Below are positions 7,086-16,564 of a DNA stretch of 64,000 nucleotides, one piece after another; position 1 is the first letter of the stretch; each line of letters opens with the position of its first letter. The notes beneath the pieces are model-generated. The model saw nothing but the letters and a program-made list of their open reading frames with translations. It made no database searches and had not been told where the DNA came from. Source of the DNA: Patescibacteria group bacterium (GTDB lineage: Bacteria > Patescibacteriota > Patescibacteriia > Patescibacteriales > JAQTRU01). Position numbers and translations under genes: made by a program. The DNA is taken from assembly GCA_028716725.1 (NCBI GenBank), contig JAQUPG010000007.1, positions 10,205-74,204 on the forward strand, read 5' to 3'.

Positions 7086-7856
7086 CTACCTGTTAATAAT
7101 TTTTTCTAAATATTTTTTCGCTTCTAATTGCTCTCTTAAAGGATTTTCCAACTCAATTGCGCAAATCGGCGGAAAATATTTTACATATTTTTTAACATAA
7201 TCCAACTCGGATAAATCATGCAACCAATGATTATTGTAATATTTCCTTTTCTCGCCGTTTTCAATTTCAAAAAAGGGTTTTGTTCGCATGGCAGATATGT
7301 GGCCGAAGCCAACTTTATATTTTTTTAAGACAGTGGGGAATTTTTTATAACTTTCCAGTTTCTGCATCTGGCTATAATCATGCCAATGGCTTACGTCCAG
7401 ACAAAAACCGGCAAAAATGTCCAAAAGATGAAGAGATTCATTTGAAAAATTAATATGATTTTCTAAATAAATTTTTTTTAGATACCCCTTACTTCTGGCT
7501 AAAAAATCTCTATTTACCTTGTTAAAATGAGTATTAAAAAATTTCGTCTTAAATCTCTTTGTTAAGTAAGCAAATTCCCATTTTTTAAAATCATGCCTTA
7601 CATGGACAACCGGAATTTCTTTTAAACCAGTTTTCTCCAATAGCTTATAGAGCTCTTCCCTTTCCTTAATTTCTAAGCAAGTGGGGAAAAGCGCGATTTC
7701 TTTTAGCCCTAATTTATCAATTTCTTTAACCTTACCTCGCCAATCTGATTTATAAGTAGTGGTCAATCCTAAAAGTATTTTTGGTTTCACCCCGTTAGAA
7801 ATTTTTTTTCTTTCTTTCTCCATAATATTTTTGCCCTTGAATATCTCTTCCCCCAT
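7086..7856 (-). CDS. Hypothetical protein (start could be the internal MEKERKK at 7823)
   Basis: Long ORF in the operon orientation. I recognise no diagnostic motif confidently. The N-terminal KKISNGVKPK is encoded by one arm of an inverted repeat. Confidence 0.6.
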   Translation of the reverse strand: MGEEIFKGKNIMEKERKKISNGVKPKILLGLTTTYKSDWRGKVKEIDKLGLKEIALFPTCLEIKEREELYKLLEKTGLKEIPVVHVRHDFKKWEFAYLTKRFKTKFFNTHFNKVNRDFLARSKGYLKKIYLENHINFSNESLHLLDIFAGFCLDVSHWHDYSQMQKLESYKKFPTVLKKYKVGFGHISAMRTKPFFEIENGEKRKYYNNHWLHDLSELDYVKKYVKYFPPICAIELENPLREQLEAKKYLEKIINR

Positions 7857-7902
7857 TAAAATTTTATTACTCTTCCTATCCGACCAAATTTCTAACGGGG
7901 TT
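7789..7902. repeat. Inverted repeat bracketing the start region of the 7086..7856 gene
   Basis: accccgttagaaattt (7789-7804) versus aaatttctaacggggtt (7886-7902). The same arms recur at 13078-13181. Confidence 0.8.
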
Positions 7903-7923
7903 CATAACAAAATAAAAAAACAC

Positions 7924-7958
7924 TATACGATACGCGATAGGCGTTATGCGATATGTGT
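7924..7958. repeat. Degenerate heptamer array of the CGTTATG family
   Basis: tatacga tacgcga taggcgt tatgcga tatgtgt, in the spacer between rfbB and the 7086 gene. Confidence 0.6.
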
Positions 7959-7967
7959 TAAGTAATT

Positions 7968-8978
7968 CTATTTTTTCACTTCCTTATAATTTTCCACAAA
8001 ACCCTTTCCCTTAAGCGGCCGCCACCATCCTTCGTTTTGTTTATACCACTCTACGACGCCGTCAAGGCCTTTCTCAAAATCAATTTCCGGCTCCCAGCCC
8101 AATTCATTTTTTATTTTGGCAATATCAAGCAGATACCGGCGGTCATGCCCGGGCCTGTCTTCTATATATTTCTTCATGGAATCATCCTTCCCTAATCTTT
8201 TTAAGACTGCCGCGGCGATTTCTTCAACGCTTTTTTCTAAGCCAGTACCAATATTATAGGCTTCGCCGATTTTGCCTTTCTTAATTATCATCTCAATCGC
8301 CCGGCAATGGTCATCAGTATGAATCCACTCCCTTTTGTTTAAACTGCTTTTAAATAACGGAATCGGCTCATTATCTATTAAATTAGAAATGAATCTGGGA
8401 ATTACTTTTTCCGGAAATTGGTACGGCCCATAGTTATTAGCGCAATGGCTTATGGTTATCGGCAGGCCAAAAGTATGGAAATAGCACATTACCTCATGGT
8501 TAGCTCCGGCTTTAGAAGCATTATAGGGGGTCTTGGGGGCGTACGGGTCGCTTTCTTTAAAAGCGCGGTTTTCATCCAAAGCCAAGTCTCCAAAAACCTC
8601 GCAAGTCGAAATGTGGTGGAATCTTATCAATCCGGCTTCCTTGGCTGCTTCCAAGAGCATCTGCGTGCCCAAAACATTGGTTTTAACGAAAATATCCGGT
8701 TCCACCATAGCCCGGCCGTTATGTGACTCGGCGGCAAAATTTACAATCACATCAACTTTTTCGGTTTTGAGTAAATTGATATTGTTTTTTAAATCTCCTA
8801 TATCGCCTTTGACAAATTTATAATTAGAATTATTTTCAATGTCCTTCAAGTTTTCCAAATTTCCGGCGTACGTCAAAATATCCAAATTGACAATTTTATC
8901 ATCCGGATATTTTTTAAACCAATAATGGATAAAATTACTTCCTATGAATCCGGCTCCGCCGGTTACTAATAGTTTCAT
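7968..8978 (-). CDS. rfbB: dTDP-glucose 4,6-dehydratase
   Basis: VTGGAGFIGSNF Rossmann motif, catalytic YNASKAG, extended-SDR length (336 aa), and a typical RmlB C-terminus ...RPGHDRRY. Confidence 0.9.
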   Translation of the reverse strand: MKLLVTGGAGFIGSNFIHYWFKKYPDDKIVNLDILTYAGNLENLKDIENNSNYKFVKGDIGDLKNNINLLKTEKVDVIVNFAAESHNGRAMVEPDIFVKTNVLGTQMLLEAAKEAGLIRFHHISTCEVFGDLALDENRAFKESDPYAPKTPYNASKAGANHEVMCYFHTFGLPITISHCANNYGPYQFPEKVIPRFISNLIDNEPIPLFKSSLNKREWIHTDDHCRAIEMIIKKGKIGEAYNIGTGLEKSVEEIAAAVLKRLGKDDSMKKYIEDRPGHDRRYLLDIAKIKNELGWEPEIDFEKGLDGVVEWYKQNEGWWRPLKGKGFVENYKEVKK

Positions 8979-9517
8979 ATTTTATTTTTTAGATAATTAG
9001 CCTTGAAATGACTAACAGCCATTTTAATGTCTTTTACTTGTTTTTTAATAACATTACCAGGTAATGAATCTATATTAAAATATTTACCTAAGGGGCAACT
9101 TCCTTTAGCAATAGCCCAATGCATTAGGGTCATCTCTTTACCTCGACCAAGATTACGAAAAACAGGTTTAACAAAAATTGGTCCAATTTCTATTTTAACA
9201 TTCTTCAATTCATCAGTTAGAATTCTTTTAATCGCGTCTTTAAAATTACCCTCTCTGTCTGTTTCTCTAACTACTGTGCCAGGAGCATGAAACATGTCCG
9301 GCCAATTGGAATCGTCCTTCTTCCTTTTTATTAAAAGTACCTGAAGAGAATTATTTTTCTCCAGGCGGATGGGAACTATCTCAATGGTCGAAAGCACACA
9401 CAATCTAGAAACCTCTAAAAATATAGGCAATGGCAAAATGCCCGGTTTTAACTGTGCCATTTTTTTTCTAATAATCTCTATATCGTCTTTATTGAGAACC
9501 CCTTTTATTTTCTTCAT
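8975..9517 (-). CDS. Hypothetical protein, possibly Nudix-fold with a degenerate Nudix box
   Basis: PGTVVRETDREGNFKDAIKRILTDELK only loosely resembles GX5EX7REUXEEXGU. A 4-nt overlap with rfbB suggests co-translation. Confidence 0.5.
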   Translation of the reverse strand: MKKIKGVLNKDDIEIIRKKMAQLKPGILPLPIFLEVSRLCVLSTIEIVPIRLEKNNSLQVLLIKRKKDDSNWPDMFHAPGTVVRETDREGNFKDAIKRILTDELKNVKIEIGPIFVKPVFRNLGRGKEMTLMHWAIAKGSCPLGKYFNIDSLPGNVIKKQVKDIKMAVSHFKANYLKNKI

Positions 9518-9523
9518 AAAATC

Positions 9524-9928
9524 TTAAATACCATTTTTTATTTTTTTCACGATTTCCTCCGCTTCTCCCTCCCCATACTTTTCCTGCGGCCAAAGTTTTA
9601 ACCCATCATCCTGTCTTCTCGGAATAACATGAAAATGAAGATGCGGAACAATTTGCCCGGCGACTGGGCCATTGTTCTCTGTTATATTATACCCTTCTGC
9701 CCCCAAACTATCTTTCACTGCTTTTCCTATCTTTTTAATAACTACTGTCAATTTGCATAACTCGGCTTCCAGAATCTCTTCCATATTCTCATAATGCTTT
9801 TTCGGCACTACCAAGGTATGCCCGGGATTTACCGGCGCGATATCCAGAAAAGCCAAAACGTTTTCATCTTCATAAACTTTAAAACTAGGAATTTCCCCGG
9901 CTATAATTTTACAAAAAATACAATCCAT
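9524..9928 (-). CDS. HIT-family (histidine triad) nucleotide hydrolase/transferase
   Basis: Histidine triad HLHFHVIPR, with an N-terminal CIFCKI zinc motif. Confidence 0.9.
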   Translation of the reverse strand: MDCIFCKIIAGEIPSFKVYEDENVLAFLDIAPVNPGHTLVVPKKHYENMEEILEAELCKLTVVIKKIGKAVKDSLGAEGYNITENNGPVAGQIVPHLHFHVIPRRQDDGLKLWPQEKYGEGEAEEIVKKIKNGI

Positions 9929-9938
9929 ATTTTTAAAC

Positions 9939-11642
9939 TTAACTAACTTTTTTCTTCTCTTTATGATAAGTAAGCGGGTCTAAGGGCAATTCTACATAAA
10001 AAGTCGTGCCCTTGTCCACTTCGCTCGTAAACCAAATCTTGCCCTCATGGTACTCGACAATATTTTTCGCCACAAACAAACCTAAGCCATTGCCTTCCGG
10101 CTGGAAACTTAAGGCATTAGCTCCCCGGAAAAACTTTGTAAAAATCTGGCTTTGCGATTCTTTGGATATGCCAATCCCGGTATCTTTTACCGCCAAGAGA
10201 ATCTTATCATCCTTCAGGCGACAGTCAACTGTAACCTCGCCCCCCTTATCCGTATAAATAACGGCATTCTCAATTAAACTGGCCAAGACCAATTTTACCT
10301 TATTAGGGTCAAGCTTTGCTTCCGGAAGATTTTTATCAATGTTTAAATTAAATTTAACGCCTTTTTCGGCCGCTGTTTCTTGATAGCGCTTGCTTACCTC
10401 TTCCAGGAGGCCGCCTAAATCGGTTTTCACGAACTGGTAATAATATTTTCCCTGTTCAATGGAAAAAATATCTAAGAGGTCATCTACCATTTTTATAAGC
10501 TTCTCGTTATAATCAAAACATTGCTCCAGAACTTTTTTCTGCTTCAATTCCATCTTGCCAAAGTTTCCCTTTAAAAGCAAATCAAAGGCCGACTTAATCG
10601 CCGAAAGCGGGGTTCTTAGCTGGTGCCCGGCGATCATTATAAATTCCGACTTCATCCGGTCAACAAATTTTTCCCGGGAAATGTCATGGATAATCTTAGC
10701 GGTTCCGATTAATTCGCCTTTCTCATCTATTATAGTAACGGTATAAATTCTTAAAACTTCCTCGCCCATGCCCGCCGGTTTTAATTCTCCCTTCTTTTTA
10801 TATTTATCCTTAAAAATTTCCAACAAATTAATATATCTTTTGTCTATATTTTTTGCTTTCTTGCCTAAAACTTCTTTAGCCGCAAAATCCAAGAATTTCT
10901 CCGCCTTTGCATTAACCGCCTCAATAATTCCTCTGCGGTTGACAAACACCAAGCCATCGGACAAATTAGCTAGGATCGCTCTTTCCTTGTCCCTTTCCTC
11001 CCTGATTTCCTCTTCCCTCGCCCTTAAGGCCCGGGCGATTAAACCGGCGAACATTCCCACGATATAGAAGCTTAAGATGATGGCAATCAGGTTAGTAATA
11101 ACCGCGGAATAATTAAAAGCCAAAGCGTATTCATAGGCTAAATTATAGCGGGAAAAGAAAGGAATAATTTCGAAATACTGCAACAGGATTAAACCGCCGT
11201 AAAAAATACTGGCCAGGCTGGAAATAATCAAAACTCCGGCGAAAGAATAAAAAAAGGCCGAGGCAATAATATTATAGAAAAAATAAAGGAAAGAAATGCT
11301 GGTCAGGCCGCCGGCGTAAAAAATTACCAAAATATAAAAAAGATAATCAATGATTAAATTGAAAAAACTTATAATTCTAACCCCGGCAAAGGAAATTCTT
11401 TCCGGTTTCCGGAAATAAAAGAAAAATATCAAATTCAGGCCGTAAGAGCATAAACCCATAAAAACCATTAAAAGCAAAGGGAAATTAGTGTTGGGCGAAT
11501 CGGCAATTCTTTCTGACAAATTCCCGGTAATTTTTGAAGCCAGGCCGATTAAAACAATGCCGCTGGTATAAAGCCAGCGTCCCTTCACTAAAATCCGGTT
11601 AACGGCTATTAATCTAAATTTTTCTCTGATAAATTTATCCAT
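9939..11642 (-). CDS. Membrane sensor histidine kinase with a PAS-like domain
   Basis: Multi-TM N-terminus. H-box IAGHQLRTPLSAI, N-box LIENAVIYT, G-boxes DTGIGI and GNGLGL. Confidence 0.9.
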   Translation of the reverse strand: MDKFIREKFRLIAVNRILVKGRWLYTSGIVLIGLASKITGNLSERIADSPNTNFPLLLMVFMGLCSYGLNLIFFFYFRKPERISFAGVRIISFFNLIIDYLFYILVIFYAGGLTSISFLYFFYNIIASAFFYSFAGVLIISSLASIFYGGLILLQYFEIIPFFSRYNLAYEYALAFNYSAVITNLIAIILSFYIVGMFAGLIARALRAREEEIREERDKERAILANLSDGLVFVNRRGIIEAVNAKAEKFLDFAAKEVLGKKAKNIDKRYINLLEIFKDKYKKKGELKPAGMGEEVLRIYTVTIIDEKGELIGTAKIIHDISREKFVDRMKSEFIMIAGHQLRTPLSAIKSAFDLLLKGNFGKMELKQKKVLEQCFDYNEKLIKMVDDLLDIFSIEQGKYYYQFVKTDLGGLLEEVSKRYQETAAEKGVKFNLNIDKNLPEAKLDPNKVKLVLASLIENAVIYTDKGGEVTVDCRLKDDKILLAVKDTGIGISKESQSQIFTKFFRGANALSFQPEGNGLGLFVAKNIVEYHEGKIWFTSEVDKGTTFYVELPLDPLTYHKEKKKVS

Positions 11643-11646
11643 AATG

Positions 11647-12099
11647 CTACCCGATTTTATAAGGCGAATCCTCTCTATCCTCCCATCTTATTTCGTCAAC
11701 CTCTTCTTTTTTATTTTCGCCTTTATATAATTTATCCGGTAAATTAATGCTCATTCCTCCCTCTCTGGAAACGCATTTATAGCCATGCACTACCCCGGGC
11801 GGCACAATCACTAAGGCGGGGTTTGACGTCCCCGCTTCTATTTTCATATTTTCGTCTTTGGTTTTGGAGTTTTCCCGCCTATCCCAAAGATAAAGTTCAA
11901 AGTCTCCCGGCCCGACAAAAACGAACCGGTCAGACTGCTTTACGTGCTCATGCGGACCGCGGATTATACCGGGCTTGGTGAGACTTACATAACTCATTAT
12001 TGGCGAAAAACCATCTTCATCCTGCCGAAAAATTTCCGTTAGCCAGCCCCGCTCGTCCTCGTATTTTTTTAATTTTTTTATTACTACCCCCTCAATCAT
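11647..12099 (-). CDS. RmlC-like cupin (dTDP-4-dehydrorhamnose 3,5-epimerase-related)
   Basis: YEDERGWLTEIFRQ and RGPHEH..Q motifs typical of the RmlC fold. Short form (150 aa), so the exact activity is uncertain. Confidence 0.6.
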   Translation of the reverse strand: MIEGVVIKKLKKYEDERGWLTEIFRQDEDGFSPIMSYVSLTKPGIIRGPHEHVKQSDRFVFVGPGDFELYLWDRRENSKTKDENMKIEAGTSNPALVIVPPGVVHGYKCVSREGGMSINLPDKLYKGENKKEEVDEIRWEDREDSPYKIG

Positions 12100-12103
12100 A
12101 AAA

Positions 12104-13111
12104 TTATAAATCTTTTTTAGTTAATAAGCCGTTCTGCGCTCCTTGTTCGGCTATAACCGAGGCGGTATTTCTTATGCCTAAATGCATGGCTTTGCCAATA
12201 TCGCCTTTATATAATTCCAAACCAGCCATAAAAGAAGAATTAAAAGCGTCGCCCACGCCCGTAGTATCAATCCGCTTTTTCTCTCTTATTATATTATGAT
12301 GATAAAATCTTTTGCCGTCATAAGCATCCGCCCCGTCTTTACCCCGGGTTAATACTACTGTCTCCGGTCCCCAAGATTTTATAATTTTTAGCAGTTCCTT
12401 TGGATTATTTAAAAATCCATAGTTTTTTTTCTTATATTTTGGGTCCGATACCACCAGTTCAATCGCCTCATCTTTGTTAACAAAAAAGATAGCGGTCTTA
12501 GCGATAAACTTCTTTAATCTTTTCGCTCCGGTATTAAGCTGGACATGCCCCGGGTTCCAGGCGACTTTTAAGCCCCTTACGGAAAACACTTTATTTAACA
12601 CTTCTTCCCATTTCCCCGACAAAGAAGCCACAAAAACCCATTTAGCATTTTTTAAACTCTCTAATTCCTTATTCCTAATTCCTAATTCAGAGTTCGCTGC
12701 CCGGTTGGAAAAAACGATTTTTTCCGGATTGATTAAGATAAAAGAAAACCCGGTTTCTACGCCTTTTATTTTCTGCGCCAATTTCGTATCCACCCTATGC
12801 TTTTTCAGATTAGCCAAAACTCTTTTCCCCCGTTCGTCATCGCCAATAGCAATTAAGCTCGCCACGCGAAAACCCAAACCGGCGAAATTTACGGCCGCAT
12901 TAGCCGCCCCGCCGCCGAAAGTGGAATAGGATTTATCAATTTTCATTTTGGCGCCGTATTCAAAAGCCAGCAATTTCTGTCTTAAAATATCCTTTTTATT
13001 GTCCATCAAGATTCCTTCGTGGGTATAAAAAGTTATATCCTCGGTGGCTCCGCCAATAGTGATCATGTCATATCTTGCCCCATTAGAAATTTTGTTATTT
13101 TTTTTCGTCAT
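12104..13111 (-). CDS. PfkB-family carbohydrate kinase
   Basis: PfkB signature DTTGVGDAFNSSF near the C-terminus, and GGGAANAAV near the N-terminus. Confidence 0.85.
   Translation of the reverse strand: MTKKNNKISNGARYDMITIGGATEDITFYTHEGILMDNKKDILRQKLLAFEYGAKMKIDKSYSTFGGGAANAAVNFAGLGFRVASLIAIGDDERGKRVLANLKKHRVDTKLAQKIKGVETGFSFILINPEKIVFSNRAANSELGIRNKELESLKNAKWVFVASLSGKWEEVLNKVFSVRGLKVAWNPGHVQLNTGAKRLKKFIAKTAIFFVNKDEAIELVVSDPKYKKKNYGFLNNPKELLKIIKSWGPETVVLTRGKDGADAYDGKRFYHHNIIREKKRIDTTGVGDAFNSSFMAGLELYKGDIGKAMHLGIRNTASVIAEQGAQNGLLTKKDL
12661..12688. repeat. In-frame heptamer array (CTAATTC)x4 inside the PfkB kinase gene
   Basis: ctaattc cttattc ctaattc ctaattc. It encodes ...SELGIRNKELE... on the minus strand. 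Confidence 0.8.
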
Positions 13112-13181
13112 ATAATTTATTTAAAAATATTTTTTATCTTATTAAAATTTGCTATACCCCCTAGTTAGATTTCTAACGGGG
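13078..13181. repeat. Inverted repeat bracketing the start region of the PfkB kinase gene
   Basis: ccccattagaaat (13078-13090) versus atttctaacgggg (13169-13181). Same arm sequence as 7789-7902. The inner arm encodes NNKISNG of the kinase N-terminus. Confidence 0.75.
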
Positions 13182-13219
13182 TTCATATTTTCTTCTTATG
13201 CCTCTCCAATTAACTGGAG

Positions 13220-13248
13220 TTGACAAAATATTTATTATATGCTAATAT
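13220..13248 (+). promoter_or_regulatory. Sigma70-like promoter of the orphan gene at 13313
   Basis: TTGACA (13220-13225), 17-nt spacer, TAATAT (13243-13248). Confidence 0.6.
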
Positions 13249-13312
13249 ATAATATTAGTAAAATTGCACATTATATCTCAATTTTAGCATATTTCCTTGA
13301 AAGGCGGAAAAG

Positions 13313-13975
13313 ATGGACCCGATAAGTATTGTGTACCTAGTAACCCATGCCGACAAAGAAGGACTAACTTGGTTGGGCTGGTTTTTAGAAAAGTGGGTTG
13401 GCAAGTTATATGACAGGTGGCCCAGGCTAACCGAATTTCGGTGGCTCAACAAGATGTTCTGGGTGGCTAACCCGGGTATGACATGGAGAGGGAAAAGGAG
13501 AATTAAAAAACTCCGACTCGTCCTTGAAAAACTTCTCCCCGATGGTCGTCCGAGCAAAGTCCTCTGCGGGACAGGAAGGCGACAAATTGAAGTCGCTCTA
13601 TGCCTCGGTTATAAGTTGAGTGATATCTTCTGTTCTGATATTTGGGGTGGGCCAGCCACCTTAGTAAAAGTCGGCAGTAAGAGAATGGTAATATTGGCGG
13701 ACGGGACTCTCGTCGATTATGATGAGAAATTCTTGTCCAGCAAAGACCTTGCCAGGACAGCTAAGGACACCCTGAGAGGTCTTCTCAACAATTCTGTCAT
13801 CCCCTCTGGCCGACCCGTTGCTATCAGGGCGCTGGGCCTAAAAGCAGAACAGTGCCAGAACGGCGCCATCTACCGTATCAAAATCTTTCCTGACGGAAGG
13901 ATTGAAGCGGAGGTGGCGGTTACGGGTGTTTTTCTGGAAGACGCAAAAACCAGGGAAGCAGCGGCCCATGTCTAA
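13313..13975 (+). CDS. Hypothetical protein (opposite-strand, G+C-richer orphan). Very weak resemblance to the histidine-phosphatase fold.
   Basis: Its own promoter and terminator. VYLVTHADKEG and VLCGTGRRQIEVA loosely recall the RHG...SP..RA.QTA layout of histidine phosphatases, but the Arg is replaced. Confidence 0.6.
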   Translation: MDPISIVYLVTHADKEGLTWLGWFLEKWVGKLYDRWPRLTEFRWLNKMFWVANPGMTWRGKRRIKKLRLVLEKLLPDGRPSKVLCGTGRRQIEVALCLGYKLSDIFCSDIWGGPATLVKVGSKRMVILADGTLVDYDEKFLSSKDLARTAKDTLRGLLNNSVIPSGRPVAIRALGLKAEQCQNGAIYRIKIFPDGRIEAEVAVTGVFLEDAKTREAAAHV

Positions 13976-13991
13976 CATCATTTTTTCTCAT

Positions 13992-14031
13992 ACGGCGATT
14001 GCTTTGCAACTTAGCAACCGCCGTTTTTTTA
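13992..14031 (+). terminator. Rho-independent terminator of the 13313 gene
   Basis: acggcgattgc...gcaaccgccgt hairpin followed by T7. It overlaps the stop of the convergent gene at 14029. Confidence 0.65.
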
Positions 14032-15561
14032 TTTTAAAACTTTTACTATTCCCTTATTAGCATCAACCTCTACTAATTGCCCATCGCGCAACACTTGTGT
14101 TGCAATTTTCGCGCCCACGACACAAGGAATCTTTAATTCCCGCGAAATAATAGCGGCATGGCAGGTTAAGCCGCCTTCATCGGTTACGATAGCTGCGACT
14201 TTTTTCAAACCGGTAATTAAATCCGGCTTAGTTATCGGCGCGACTAAGATGTCGCCCTTTTTTATTTTACCAATATCCTTAAAACTTTTTATAATTTTGG
14301 CCCGGCCACGAGCTTTACCTAAATTAGCAACCTGACCTTTTAATTCTCTTATTTCTTTACTCAGTTTAGCCAAAAATCCTTTTTCTTTTATTACCCGTTC
14401 AGCTTCTGCCCCAGCTAAAACTATTAACTCCCCTTTTCCCGGGCAAATAAGGGATAAACTCTGACGAGATTTAATTAAAGATCTTTTAGGTAAAATGTTT
14501 TTTGCTAAAAACTTTTTTGCTTCTAGCGGAGTTAAATACCGGAAATCCCTTACCGGCCAGCCCGCCCGGGAGGCAGCTTCGGCGAACAAAGGCCTGGCTT
14601 TAAAGCTGGTATAAGAAAAAACCGCCCCCAACTCTGTTTTAATAAAAGCAAAGGTTTCTGCATATTTAATTAATTTTTTTATCTGCGCTGGGGGATTTAA
14701 TTCTTTTATTATTTTTTTCTTCTGTCTTTTTACATCTGCCAGATAATTTGAAAGAACCCTATACTTTTTATTTAATTCATTTTTATTCTTTAACCAACTT
14801 TTAATTTCCTTAATATAAAATTCTTTTGGCCAATCCGGAGAATCAAAAAAAACAGGCAGCCAGCAAAATTTTTTATGAAGCTCATTAAACTCTCTATTAA
14901 TATCTGGATCCTCCTCTCTTAACCAAGCTAAAATAACCTCAACATCTTTTTTAAAGAAAAAATCATAGATTTTTTTCCTCTTTGAAATCTTTTTGGCGAT
15001 TTTTAAAATTCCCAGTTCATTTTTAATTTCGCTACTTAGACGAACCGGCGATACCAGAATACTTAAATAAGCAGCCGCTTTACCCCGGCCATTAATTTTC
15101 TCCAACAAATACTTTTCTAAATCAGCCGCTAAAGTAAGGTCAAACATCCGGCAGAGAGATGCATAAGGATGGTGAGCAAGAAAGGCCCGGCAATAATAAT
15201 CTAAAAGCCGGGTTGATTTCTTATTGGAGGCCCCGGCTAAATCTGTTTTGCTAATTAGTTCGGCTATTTTGCAAAAATCGTTACGAATATAGAAATAATT
15301 AGAAGCCAATCTGTCCAAAAATATTCTGTCTTTCTTCGCTCGACGGCCAAATATTTCCGCTAATTGATCAAACTGACCGGAAACAAGATAGGAAGTGGCT
15401 ACCTCGTCTTTTAAAATCGAACTGTAAGTAGATGCCCCCTGGCCTATAATTTTGGGCAAGCGGTAGACATAATTATAGTTACATAGATACCAAGGAAAAA
15501 GCGTAGAAAACCTAGCCAATTGCTTCTCCCAAATTATTTTTTTTGATTTTTTGGCTTTCAT
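14029..15561 (-). CDS. PEP-utilising-enzyme mobile (phosphohistidine swivel) domain protein, paralog 1 (510 aa)
   Basis: C-terminal ...[73 protein letters not shown]. The ~380-aa Lys-rich N-terminus has no motif I recognise. Confidence 0.8.
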   Translation of the reverse strand: [510 protein letters not shown]

Positions 15562-16553
15562 AATTTTGTCACTATCCCCTCATCAGCATTCATTTCTATC
15601 AAATCCCCATCTTTTAAAACCTGTGTCGCGGTTTTTGTCCCCACGATGCAGGGCTTTTTAAATTCACGGGATATAACGGCGGCATGGGAATTAATACCAC
15701 CGAAATCAGTAACCAAACCCAGAGCTTTTTTAATATAAGGCGTATATTCAATAATGGTTTCCCTGGCCACAATAATTTTACCTGCAGATTTCTTAACGTC
15801 AGATAAACTGCGCACTATTTTTACTTTGCCTCTAATTTTTCCTAAACAAGCTGCCAACCCTTTTACATCCCCGCTTTTATTATTTCTCAATTCTGCGAAA
15901 CCTTGTCTTTTTAAGAACGACGCAGCCGTTTCCCCCGTAAATATTTTCGTCCCCTTCTTGGTACCGAGAAAAACATAGAATTTTTTGCGCGCGTTAATCT
16001 CTTTACCGCCGACAGTCCCCGGCAATTCCTCAACAGTATAACGGTTAATCGGTTTCTTTTTATACTTTTTCCCCAAGAAGGAAAAAGCACGGTTATAAAG
16101 AGGGTAAATAATTTTTGCCCCCTTGTCGCGCAAGTCGCCGTTGCGCTCAATCAATTTGCTTAACCGCTTATTTTTCTTAAAATCAGCCAACCTTTCCGCA
16201 TAATACGAATAGATCAAAATCGGCCCGACATCTTTTATGGCATTTAGGCTCTTCTCGGCCAAATCCCGCCCGCGCAACTTATAATTTTTTATCAGCTTCT
16301 CATATCGGGCAAAAACTTTTTCCATTTCTTTATTCCGGTAATGCTTAACCGCTTGCCGGAAGTTTGCTTCATCTTCCTTTTTGTCTACGAATACATCCAT
16401 TTCCCCGTCATCGCCGATTGCCAGCAATTTGCTTAACTTAACGCCGTTTATTTTATCAATATCCAGATAAGTCCACTTCATAAAATCCCGTTTTAGGATA
16501 GAAGTCGGACGGCTCACAAAAAGTTTCCATTTTTTGCTTGTATAATTTATCAT
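15558..16553 (-). CDS. PEP-utilising-enzyme mobile domain protein, paralog 2 (331 aa)
   Basis: C-terminal ...GLVTDFGGINSHAAVISREFKKPCIVGTKTATQVLKDGDLIEMNADEGIV. ATGA overlap with paralog 1. Confidence 0.8.
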   Translation of the reverse strand: MINYTSKKWKLFVSRPTSILKRDFMKWTYLDIDKINGVKLSKLLAIGDDGEMDVFVDKKEDEANFRQAVKHYRNKEMEKVFARYEKLIKNYKLRGRDLAEKSLNAIKDVGPILIYSYYAERLADFKKNKRLSKLIERNGDLRDKGAKIIYPLYNRAFSFLGKKYKKKPINRYTVEELPGTVGGKEINARKKFYVFLGTKKGTKIFTGETAASFLKRQGFAELRNNKSGDVKGLAACLGKIRGKVKIVRSLSDVKKSAGKIIVARETIIEYTPYIKKALGLVTDFGGINSHAAVISREFKKPCIVGTKTATQVLKDGDLIEMNADEGIVTKL

Positions 16554-16564
16554 ATATTTAATTC

